64,000 bases of DNA from Eledone cirrhosa (taxonomy: Eukaryota). A program made the position numbers and the translations under genes. Within the stretch, counting starts at the first letter, position 1; every line of letters begins with the position of its first letter. The stretch lies in assembly GCA_964016885.1 (NCBI GenBank), contig OZ024740.1, forward strand, positions 206,150,001 to 206,214,000. Reading direction: 5' to 3'. Of the stretch, positions 13,450-24,700 are shown one piece after another. The notes beneath the pieces were generated by a model. It was not told the DNA's origin. It ran no database searches and saw nothing but the letters and a program-made list of their open reading frames with translations.

Positions 13450-14604
13450 GTGAATGACAACGTGATTTCCATTGGGAAAACCACAGGCAATGCGTTCAGT
13501 GGAACAGGTATAGAGCTGGTAGTGCAAATGAAGCCTGAACGCATCGCCCAAATACCCGACAGAATCCTATTAGAGGGCCACGGGTATATAAACATTAGAG
13601 TGGAGGGGAGAAGGCCGTCCTGCCATATCTGTGCAGGCAGAGGGCACCTGAAGGCCGCTTGTCCCCAACTCAACAAAAAGAAAACCCTGCTACCAACACC
13701 AGCTCCACCACCACAACAGATAAACAAACAACAAAACTCAGTCCCACCCAACCCGTCCCTCAGTAAAACCACACCACCACCACAACACAAACAGTCACAA
13801 CACATTACCCCAAAACAAAATACAGGCCCACCCAACCTCTCACTCAATAAAACAACACAACCACCGCAGACACAACACACAACACAGTCTAACATAGTGA
13901 CATCCATCTCCCCCACAAAGAAAACCAATACGGAAACATTACCAGCAAACATACCTCTTCCCTCCAACACTGAAGATAACCCAACGAATTCGGAGGAAGA
14001 AACGGAGTCCTTCAGACAGATTAAAACGAAAAAAAGAAAACATGTGCAAAACACACAAGGCCAAACAACCCCTACCAAAATCTCAACACAATCCAACAAA
14101 ACAGAAAACACCCCTCCAGCAACAAACAAAACCAAACCTGCCCCTCCCCTCTTCGAAACACTCACACCATCCGAAAAAAAGACACACTATACTTACATCA
14201 ACAGAAACAATAATAAATTAAATGAACTCATAAACAATAATCCTTCGATACAAACCGAAGGTGTAAACTTTGTTTCTTCAGAAAACTACCCACATTTAAA
14301 ATTAATAAAGATCCCAATGAACCTCTACCAAAAACTAAAAAAGGATTTTAAGGAGGACGTAGGACCACCCTCTGTCAAACCCATAAACCGCGTCCTACTA
14401 ACAAGCTTTCCCCCTCCCCTTCCCTCCCCAACACAACTCCAAACACCCCAACCCCACCACACACTGACGACCCCACACCACCACGAGACACCCCTTCACC
14501 CAACACCCCCGACCCCATGGAAGTCGTGCAACCCGAACCCCGGGAAGCGGAAAGGTAGGTCTCTACACTCTCCTTTGGCTCTGCCGCCCACATGGATGTG
14601 TTAA
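13450..14604 (+). CDS. LINE ORF1 (5'-truncated): zinc knuckle plus Pro/Thr/Gln-rich region
   Basis: CHICAGRGHLKAAC knuckle; 384-aa open frame. Confidence 0.8.
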   Translation: MNDNVISIGKTTGNAFSGTGIELVVQMKPERIAQIPDRILLEGHGYINIRVEGRRPSCHICAGRGHLKAACPQLNKKKTLLPTPAPPPQQINKQQNSVPPNPSLSKTTPPPQHKQSQHITPKQNTGPPNLSLNKTTQPPQTQHTTQSNIVTSISPTKKTNTETLPANIPLPSNTEDNPTNSEEETESFRQIKTKKRKHVQNTQGQTTPTKISTQSNKTENTPPATNKTKPAPPLFETLTPSEKKTHYTYINRNNNKLNELINNNPSIQTEGVNFVSSENYPHLKLIKIPMNLYQKLKKDFKEDVGPPSVKPINRVLLTSFPPPLPSPTQLQTPQPHHTLTTPHHHETPLHPTPPTPWKSCNPNPGKRKGRSLHSPLALPPTWMC

Positions 14605-17528
14605 GAGTAGGATGTTTGAATGCACGTGGCCTGGGCTCAACTTGGAAGCAAGCAAAGCTTCTAAATGACCTCAGGCCACGTGGTATAAATGTAATGGTTA
14701 TCTGTGAGACTCGAATCAGCGTCGTGCGGCAGCTGGTCCCCACCTTCGATGACTTTGAGGTGCATGCATCTCTCTGTCAACCTGGAGGTGGGGGTGGGGT
14801 TGTCGTACTGCTGCAAAAACACCTGGGTCTTGCCGTACAGGTTGTGCACTCGGACCCGGAGGGTCGTTTGTTGGTGCTAGACGTTGGCAGTAGTGAAAGT
14901 GCGGCCTTGAGACTGGTCGCCGTCTACTCCCCTTTCGGAGCTGAACGGCCCGACTTCTTCCAGCGTTTGGAGACTTTTCTGGGAACGTCGCGTTCCCTGC
15001 TTCTAGCGGGGGATTGGAATGACATCCTAGATGCACGTTGGGACTATGAAGGAGCATGTCCTAATAGAGGGGGGTGTAACAGCCTCAAGGGGTTACTCGA
15101 CCGTTTTAACTTGGTCGATAGATATCGACTAGATTTTCCAACTGTGCCTACCTGGACTTGGAGAAACCACAGTGGTCAATCTAGATCGTACTTAGATAGA
15201 TTCTTAGTTAGAAGTAAGGATAGGGACATATTAAGCTGTCCAGAAATGCGCACGGTTGGCTACACGGATCACAAATTAGTGACCTGCGTAGTCAATCTCG
15301 AGAAAACACATAAACAGGATCCCGGTTACTGGAAACTTAATTTGTCTTTACCGGCAAAAGAGACTTACAGAAACCGGATTAGCAGATTAGTTGAGGAGAG
15401 GTTGACGGGTGCAATCGTCAACAACCGATGGTGGACATCTCTCAAAAGAGAGATTAGAACAGAATCAATAAGTTATAGCAAGATGTTAGCTGCCGATAGG
15501 AATAGAAACGAGAAAGAATTAACAGGTAAATTAGAAGAGGCAATCAAGAGCGAAGATGTGGCCAGAGTGCTGGCATCGAGGACGGCCTTGAACCAGTTTT
15601 TCGATGCAGGAAGGACGAGAACAAGGGAGATAGTATAAATAATTTTCGGCCCATAACCCTGCTAAACACAGAGTTAAAGATTTTGGCCAAGGTGTTAGCA
15701 AAGAGGTTGGCGCTTGTCGTGGGTGGCCTGGTAGGAGATGCGCAGACATGTGCTATCCCATCCAGGTCCATTCACGATAACCTCCACCTGATGCGATACA
15801 TCATAGAGAGGGTTGGCAACAAACCCGGCTTCGGTGGGGCCCTGATCAACTTGGATCAGTCTAAGGCCTTCGATAGAGTCGACCATGGTTACCTGGATGC
15901 GGTGCTAGCGGCGGCTGGGTTCGGTCCTGTTTTCAGAGGCTGGATCACTGCCTTACATAGCAACTACATCTGTTCTAGGATCAAGGTGAACGGCTACCTT
16001 TCGAAGCCGTTCGAAATCACACGATCCATTCGACAGGGGTGCCCTCTCTCCTCCCTTCTGTACGTATTGACTCTCGAACCTTTACTGAGGAAGTTGGAGT
16101 TGTTGCAGGGTATCCCCCTGGAACCAGGATTGAGCAAAGCGGTGTCGGCCTACGCCGATGACGTAACAGTAATGGTATTGACCGACTCGGAGATCGAGGC
16201 GATCGGTACCTTACTGGAGGATTACGAAAGGTTGTCAGGAGCGAAACTGAACCGGGAAAAATCCATCGGGCTGCAACTCGGAACGTGGAGAGGCAGACCA
16301 ATGCCTCCTGACGGTGTCGTCGGACACTGGACGGAGGGCCCGGTAAAGTTGCTTGGGGTCTGGTTTGGACCGGACCTCCAGGTGGAAAAGAACTGGAACG
16401 AGGTTACGAACAAGGTGTCTGCACTAACCCAGAAATGGGCCAAGTGTAAGCTGTCCCTAAAAGGCCGGGCGGAGGTGGCGAACATTTACATAGTGTCCGT
16501 CACTTACTACCGCCTGACTGTCATGCCTTGCCCTAAGGAAACACTCACCACCATGGAACGCATGCTCTTCCAATTTCTTTGGAAGAAGCACCCTCCTATG
16601 GTGAGAAGATCCATCTGCTGCCAACAACCTTCGAAAGGAGGGCTGGGGATGCCGTGGTTGATGATGCGTAGGCACGCATTAAGGCTACGGCACCTACAGG
16701 TATTCCTCACTGGTCAACCGGTGTGGGCTCCGTTCGTGAAACGAGCCTTTCCGAGACTCGTCTCGCTCACAGAGCTACAGTCCAGGGTCAAGCAAATATC
16801 CGGAAAACTGGGAGACTGGCACACTGAGTGTGCTCAGGCGCTCAGGGCTCTCTGGCAAGCAGGCCAGGCCATCGGTGGAGAATCCACCTCATCATTCTAT
16901 AGAGGGCTGGTGGCTAGCAGGGGCGATGACACCCTTGGAGAGTCGCTGGACATGGAAGAAGACGAACTGGCCAGCCTGTTCGGTAGGACTTTCGGCCCAG
17001 GACCAATGGACAACTTCCAGAAGTCACTGGCCTGGCAGTGCTACCGGGGGGCTCTACCCGTTCGAGAGAGGCTCTACAGACACGGGCGCCCGGGCAGGGA
17101 TCCCTCAAAAAAGATTTGCCCTAGATGCGTGCATCACGAAGAAACCGTTGCGCACGCATTGGTGCAATGTCCGGGCGTGGCTGATCTGTGGGGCTACGCC
17201 GAACGACTGCTGTCGCGGGTGGTGCCGATTCAATTGACCGCCGAGTCCGTGATGACAATCAAACCGCCTCTTCACAAAGGAAGCAAAGGTGGTTTTTCTG
17301 TGCGTAATAGCCATGTTGAAAGAGGTTGTTTGGTGGACACGATTGAAAGGTCTGAGGTCAGGCAACTTCCTCTCTGGCCATAGTCTGGTCTACTTCTTCC
17401 GATATAACTTCGGAAGAAGGATAAGAATGGAGAGAGAGGTGCTTGGCCACAGGCAGTTTTATGAAAGGTGGGTGATAGTGGCGAGAATGGCTCGTGTAAA
17501 TGGGCCTTCTCTGTATACCATCCTGTAG
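14592..17528 (+). pseudogene. LINE ORF2 (APE endonuclease + RT + zf), disrupted
   Basis: LNARGL, ICETR, AGDWN, SYLDRF, TDHKLV; FRPITLLN, LDQSKAFDRV, RQGCPLS, YADD; CPRC..EETVAHALVQC. The EN-RT linker is deleted with a frameshift near 15620, and there is a second frameshift near 17280. Confidence 0.88.
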
Positions 17529-19127
17529 GTAAAGAAGTAAAGGAGAGGGGAGCACCTTCTCCATGTGCTCCCCGGGCAAAGGATTGCACACTTTTTCGGG
17601 GGTGTGTGCAACCCCCATCACGTCCCCTCCCTTTGGAGGTTATTTTCGATTATTTTCATGTTACACCCTTTTTACTCGATTGTATGTAAACTCCCCCTTT
17701 GTATTTGTCCCTTCTTTTTATGCCTTTATGGTAAATAAAGAAATATATCTATCTAGCAGTGTACTGATAAAGCATTACTACAAACAATTACCAAACTAAT
17801 TCACTGCTACAGCCATGAAAATGAATGCTCCATCCACCACCTCACTCTACCTTAGCTTCGATTTACCGGCGACGCCAGTTGTCATTGTCACCAGTTTAAA
17901 AATATTCAAGTTAGAAATGCTTACTTAAGCCTCTTGCTTTCGTCTCATCCCTCGATAAGTTGATTGCAGCCTCTGTTATGTGGGTTGTCAGCAAATATAT
18001 CTGTGACAGTGTCGTTCATGACCAACGGGTGTACGGAAAACGCGTTACCATTGCTGGGGTCCTGTCTAGTTGGGAGCCAAAATCGTTGATATGCCTGCAG
18101 AGGCCGTAAGATCGTTTAATTATACTGTTTATTTCCTTATGTCAGGGGCACCTACAAGAACTGAAATGACACACAACGACACATGATGTCCTCTCTGATC
18201 AATCTTAATACCAATTCTCCAGCTTAGCAGTAGTCACACACCCGAGATCACGTACACTCGGGGGCGCATCGTTGTCCAGTTTGGGGGATATCAGTTCAGT
18301 TGAGTCAGTTACCGTACTGTAGCTCATATGCAGCAGCCAATTGTGCAAAATTTTGTTGATTTTATGCATCTGCAAACACACACTCCTTATGTTTATCAAT
18401 AACTGTTCCATTTTCGTGGCTTTTCTCCCAATTTTGACGTACACACCCCTCTTTTTTTTACGTCGGAATAGTATCAGTACTAAATAATAGCTGTTATTTA
18501 ATAAAAAGGGTCTTCCTGACAGCGCTTATGACATTGCCAACAATATTTTAGTTTATAGGTCTATATTGCCAATTTGTTATTTGACATATCTCACCAATAT
18601 TTCTCATGAAATATTTTCTGTCAAACTTCAATGTGTGCCAAAATATCGCATGTCCCTTCTCAAAGCATGCAATGCGTGTATACTTTACCATTCGATGTGT
18701 TGTACTGTGTGTAAGTAGGTTCGGTATTTATACAAAATTGTCTTGGTAATAGTCAAGCCTTTGGAAACAATTTTTCCAGAGAGACTCTACCTATGTTACT
18801 TGTAATGGTAACTAGATGTAGCAACATAAACAAGGAGTCAGCAAAGATAATTAAAAACTAGTGGCGGTACACAAACAGAAAGCAAAACTGAACCCCACAC
18901 ACACACCAATTCCAATCAAATGACGTTTGTGAAAGTGAAGATGCTGTGTAGCATCATTTACCATTATACTGACCACAAAGTGGTGCATCCCCAAAAAGTA
19001 TATCATACACAAAACGCCAGCATCAACAGTTTTCCAAGAGATGTCAACATGAATGTGGACCTGTTATTTTTCTCTAAAATATTTTTTCCCGATTCCGCCT
19101 CCTCAATCTTTTTAATTTCTCATTCTT

Positions 19128-19163
19128 TCTTCTGATGAAGGACTAGCATCCGAAACGTTAAGA
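19128..19163 (+). ncRNA. Minimal type I hammerhead ribozyme motif in a Penelope-like terminal repeat remnant
   Basis: TCTT-CTGATGA-A-GGA(CTAGCA)TCC-GAAA-CGTT-AAGA: conserved core, stem II, palindromic stem III, 4-bp stem I. Confidence 0.6.
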
Positions 19164-19719
19164 CCCTCTTCCTGCTATTTCAAGTGTTAAACTAATATAT
19201 TCCTTCCATATACTGTTCCATTTGTTTTGTTATTTCTGTTTACCTTTATATATATATATGCAAAAAGAAAGCAGAAACAACAGAGCAGACAACAATGAAA
19301 AAATATATGAGTTTAACACTTGATATATTCAGAAGATAGAATGAAAAATAAAACATGAGATAGAGAGTGAAAAGAGGAAGGAACAATAAATTCCTGGCTT
19401 TAAGGGTATCGTGAGTTATTTTTATAGGGCTTAGAAAAACTGAAGGACCACTGCAATAAGTGTGTGAATCTGATGTTGAATAAAATCATAATTAACTGAT
19501 CAAATCATAATTAACGTTTGCAGCAGATATTTTGATCTTGGTGGGGCAGTACTACAAAATACTTCAGCAATGCTGAAGTATAACAATCTACCAATTTATT
19601 GTATCACTTAACCTTTAACTCTACAAAATACTTCAGCAATGTTGGTATAGTCACTGCCTCCATCTCTCTTGCTCTCCCTATCTCTCATTATTATAAGAAA
19701 ATGGGGGCCCACATGTTGG

Positions 19720-19870
19720 CCACCCTGCAGCCACGATGGACAGAATAGAGAAGGCATTTCCACGGAGGATGGTGAGGGAGACGCGTTGGAAGAGCCATTC
19801 CAGCTCGTATGGCTTGCCAAATCCATGTAGATGGTGGTGAGTAGGGAGGTGGTCCTAGGGCCAAGGACAC
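19720..19870 (-). mobile_element. CRE-clade LINE 3' fragment
   Basis: ELEWLFQRVSLTILRGNAFSIL, the typical CRE C-terminal motif. Confidence 0.7.
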
Positions 19871-19899
19871 CAGAAAATAAAGCATGTGTGTTCAGTCAG

Positions 19900-21300
19900 C
19901 CAATATACACACACCTTATGACTCTCCCCATACCCCACAATGAGCTACTAGTTGCCACTTTCCCTCAATGACACCCCATGACCAAAATAACTTTTGTGTA
20001 TGGGGAGCCCCCCAAGGGCTATGATCATCTGACTTAACAAATCTCAAATTGTGATAACCTGTCCAAACTAAGCCTGTGTAGAAAACGACTTGATCCATCA
20101 ATTTTATACCTCTGTAGTTATTCCTTTCCAGAGCATCATCTTTTTGTAACATTTAATGATTAACAGCTACACTAGTCACTGGGTATGACACCATTATGAA
20201 TTAACTGATTGACTACCTTTAGTCCTACTTCATTAAATAATTTCAATATCTTAGTGTCTGACTTGGGTAGTGCAGCAGCTTTTCCACTTTTTATATACCT
20301 AATTCCCTCTTTGAACTTATAACTGGCCTCTCTATTGTCTACTGGGAGTAGTCCCTCTTCTTTCCACTCATTCTCCACATTCATCAACCTCTCATAACAA
20401 TTTCTGGCCTATTTCTTCTGAATGTTAGTAAAGCTAAGTGCCAACAAAATCCCAATTCACACTGACACTGCTTTGCAATACAGAACACTCCATGCTTCTG
20501 ATTTTCATGTTGCAGGACATAAGCAAACCATTTGCTTTCAGCTTCTCTTTTAGTTACTTGATATTGTTCTTTACTACCTCCATTTTTCTGACTGTTTCTT
20601 AGCTTCAATGGTTTTATCTACAGCACTATTCCATCACCAAGTCCCCTGTAATATAGCCGGTACTTACAGCAGGTTATCACATAGAAACTTCTGTATCCAT
20701 CTCTCACCTCTGATCATATACATAATGTAGCGTTTGTCTGACCTTTAGCTTTCAGGATATCCTACATTTTTTATTCTGATGTAATTAATTAGTTAAACTG
20801 GGTCATGACTATTTATAACAATCTGTTTATCCTATTTTCTAATGAGCATGAAATCAATCTGGCTGGTTGGCCAGTATCCTGAATTAGTATTACAAATTAC
20901 TTAAGACATTTGCCTCACAGAATTCTAGAAATCTTGATCAATTTCTTGAGTCATATCCATAACAGCCATTCTGGTACCGCATAACATGTCCATTGAAGTC
21001 ATCTGAAAGTGGTTCTCATAGAAACAGTTATTTTGTCTTTACTTAGTCCTTATTTTAGTGCATAAGTGGATATATAACTGTTGTCATTCTATTGTGTAGG
21101 TCTATTGTGAGATTGATAAATCTGTCACATACTCTAACCACCTCAATTACCTTATCTATTCACTTCTCAGCTAGTAAAATGCCTCGTCCACCTATTGCCA
21201 TTAAGTTCCTATTTATTGTAATAAACTAAATTGGTTCATTCATGATTTATAGGACAAATAAACTTACTAGATATTACAATCTCTAGAAGACAGGGTCATT
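19900..21300 (-). mobile_element. Decayed RTE LINE
   Basis: DALERNNYRGIKLMDQV, SQIDFML and related motifs shared with 51545-54672. Confidence 0.75.
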
Positions 21301-21665
21301 TATACCACTGATTGTAAGTAGCACTCACTGGCAACCAGTAAAGCATTTAAAATAAGATTAACTGTTTTCTCCTGTAGACACTTCAGACTTAGTCTTTTAT
21401 TAGCTTTTGTTGCTGCACAAACTGCTCCTAACTAATCCCTAGAAACTGTACAAACAAAACAAGATGTAAATATTTTAATAATTTATTCAGAGAAAATTTA
21501 CATACAATATCAGTGTTATAAAAATCCATGGGTATGTACAAGTGAAACCACATAAATGAAAAAAAAAACTTTCTGCAGTCATTGGATAAGTTTGTGATTG
21601 AATGTGTGAAACAAAATGACATGATCAGTTGTCACCCAATATCTATGGAAGCCACAACTGTCTCA

Positions 21666-21703
21666 TCAGTTGCTATCACTAAAAGTCTTTTTCTTCCCTG
21701 ATC
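21666..21703 (-). CDS. NCL: Nucleolin exon 14 (last coding exon)
   Basis: GSGKKKTFSDSN*, resembling the nucleolin GKKTKFE-type terminus. Confidence 0.85.
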
Positions 21704-24700
21704 CTTAAAATGATAAAATAAAATTTAAAAATTAAGGAAATTAGTATTAAATTATCTACATGATTTATAGTCCACAACAGCATTGAGGGTATGTTTGAAT
21801 TTTTCCCACTGACCAATCACTCCCCAGGCCCTAAACATCCCAGAAATCGATGGAGCTCACCATGGAGTTCGTATTCTGACTAATTTTTCGCCTCAGTTTT
21901 AGACATATCATGCAACATCAGAGGCTTTGTTAATTTTTTTAATAAGTTTTATTAGCACCCTCGATGCTGTCACGGATAGTTAATTAGTATTAAATTATGT
22001 ATATCAAACTTCAAATACAAAACAAAATCAAAAGTGAAAATGTTTTACATACCACCACGTCTACCGCCACCACCACCACGTCTACCACCACCACCGCGTC
22101 CACCATAACCTCCACCTCGTTTTCCACCAAAACCTGCACAGACAAATTTGAAACTAAGAAAATCATGAACCTAAACTATCTTAAGACAATCTAATACCTT
22201 TCTCATTTTATACAAAGTTTAAGTATGATTGAATTATTTAGTGATGCTTTAAAATGAATGGTTAATAGTAATTTAGTTGGATTTAGTTTACCAAATAGTC
22301 AACAAATGATAACTTAATTCCAAAAGAGGAAGTGGTTATTGATATTACTATGTACTGAGCAACTCAGTAATTACAACAATTTTATATTTAGACAAATATA
22401 GAAGTCCAATTCATCACCATTTTTACATCTGCTTTTCCATATTGGCATAGATTATACAAGACTCTTTTGAGATATATTCTGCAAGGTAAGATGCTCTTGC
22501 TAATGCCAACTCATACTTTATTTATAAGTATGATATATACCTCTCATCATTGTTGCACAGTTATACTATGGGCACATAAACAAATGTCAAATTGCTTTAC
22601 AGTGTTGATATGAAGATATATACACACAAGCTTCATTGCTTTTCCATTTTCCATCATAGAAACTTTTTTCTCAACAGGGTTATTTGTTCCCTAAACTTCT
22701 TCCATCTTATTCCTAGTATAGCTACTATGCTCTCAGAGTAACTACCACCACTGCTAATTAGGTCTCCTAGGTAACATAAGCTATCAAATACTTCTAGAGT
22801 ATTTTCATGAGACTGGAAAAACTATATTTCATCAGGTCTCTTATTACCAACTATCCCTGTACAACTGCCACATACAAAGTCTACCTTTTCTGTTAATCTG
22901 CTTTGTATCCCACTACACCTCTTGTGTACTCATATTATACACTGTGTACATTGTACACCGTTCGTTTCAACTCCTTTTTTACATATCGAGCATTATACTT
23001 CCTTGAAGAAATCAGTGTTTTATCTTCTTTCCTACTTACTAAAACACTTTAGTCTTTGCTAAATTCACTTTGAGCCCTTTTAATTTTAAGTTATTTCTGC
23101 AAAGATTTTTTCTCTAGATCTTCCATATTCGGCAATTCATCAGTATACAGAAGTTCTTAAGGGCAGCCAATTTTAAACTCCTTTATTATGGCATGATCTG
23201 GAACACTATGTTAAACATGAGTAGGCTGAGGATAAAGTCATAATGAACACTCACTTCCCATTGAATTCCTCATTACTTACTGTCACTTTACTGAGAAGGT
23301 TGCTGTACATAGCTTACACTGCTTTCATAAGCTGCACATCTACACCAAGTTTCTTTAAGGGTCACCAGATAACATGTTAAAGGTCTTCTCCATGGCAACA
23401 AAAGCTATATATAGTGGTTTATACTTAGCTTAGGAACTTTGATAGTACTCCTGTCTGGCACAAATCCAAACTGCATTCATCTAATTTGACTCTTGCCTTA
23501 ATTAGTTGTGCTAATGACAATTATCTGAATATATTCTTACTAACAAGCTTTCTTCATAAAAGCTGTAAAAAGGACAGCCTAAGAGACAAAGCATGCCCAT
23601 ATTTAACCTATAAGCATTTACATTATTCTATATATACTATTGTATTTTTGTGGTAAAGACTTTATCTCACATAACATCAAATCTTTCAAACCAACACCAT
23701 ATACAATCAATTTATTATTTTGCACTAAATATGTTTCAATTTAATCTAAGAGAAGATAAATCAAAATATACTACTGTACCTCCACTCCTTCCACCACCAT
23801 CACCTCTGTTTCTGGCAAAGCAACAGCGAACAGTTCTCCCGTCAATAGTAGTGTCACCATATTTTCTCAAAGCCTTTTTTGCTTTTGAAACAGACTCAAA
23901 TTCCACAAAGGCAAGTCTAAAAAAAGAAATTATATCCCATTTTCAAAGCAATCAACATAACTGGCATTAAAAGAAAAATACTCAAATATACAGCCAAATC
24001 CCATCCATCCTAAACAATGTGTTGTCTTGTTTATTTCCTTATGGGTATAGGAAACTGAACAAGGAACAGTAAGTTATAAATTTCTATTTCAACACAAACT
24101 GTTGAACTGTAGAATGTTTTAACTGAAGTGAGTATGTAATAATAATTGTTACTACATTAGGCACAAGGCCAGCAATTTGAAGGGGAGGGAATAGTTGATT
24201 AAATCGACCCCGTGAGAATGAAAGGCTAAGCTAACCTCAGCAGGATTTGAACTCAGAACGTAAGGAGATGTAACTCTATTCCGCAAAGCATGGTGCCCAA
24301 CGCTCTACCAATACTGCCAATCCACTCCCCTTGAGCATGTAATAATAATAACATTGAACATAATTCTGTGGTGACAGAAAGAATTCTGTACTCCTCAAAC
24401 TTCAAACGTGTTGAATAGAACTATGTATCCCCGTTTAGCTGAAGCATACTATATAGGCAAAAAACATGGGCACACTTGAAACACGTGATTGTGATATGAT
24501 TGGCTGTCATTAAATAATTACACAGCACTTGTTAGATAACACTCAATATGAGTTCAATACACGACACAATACAAAACAATGTAGTTGTTTTTACTCACCC
24601 TTTAGGCTTTCCTGAATCTGAAAAAACTGGTAATCGAATAGCAGTAGCATCTTTGAAAACAGACTGCAAAGAATCCTCTGTTGAGTCATAGGATAGATTT

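Larger units (their letters stand above)
13423..17745 (+). mobile_element. Tx1/L1-clade non-LTR retrotransposon, 5'-truncated and internally deleted
   Basis: 20-bp TSD TATCTATCTAGCAGTGTACT (13403-13422, 17746-17765); ORF1 with a CCHC knuckle; ORF2 with APE, RT and a C-terminal Cys motif; AATAAA at the 3' end. Confidence 0.92.

Noticed and set aside
13410-14165. 251-aa hydrophobic/Cys-rich minus-strand ORF
   Set aside because: Antisense shadow of the A/C-rich LINE ORF1.
17860-18860. Possible decayed viral-glycoprotein-like ORF on the minus strand (Cys/Trp-rich, N-glycosylation-like motifs)
   Set aside because: The best frame has about 13 stops in ~225 codons, no better than random. The segment stays unassigned; a translated search would settle it.
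22360-22420. TGATGA...CTGA pair in nucleolin intron 12 as a C/D snoRNA
   Set aside because: The C-box-like motif is part of an RTE (GAT)n tail, with no terminal stem or evident rRNA antisense element.
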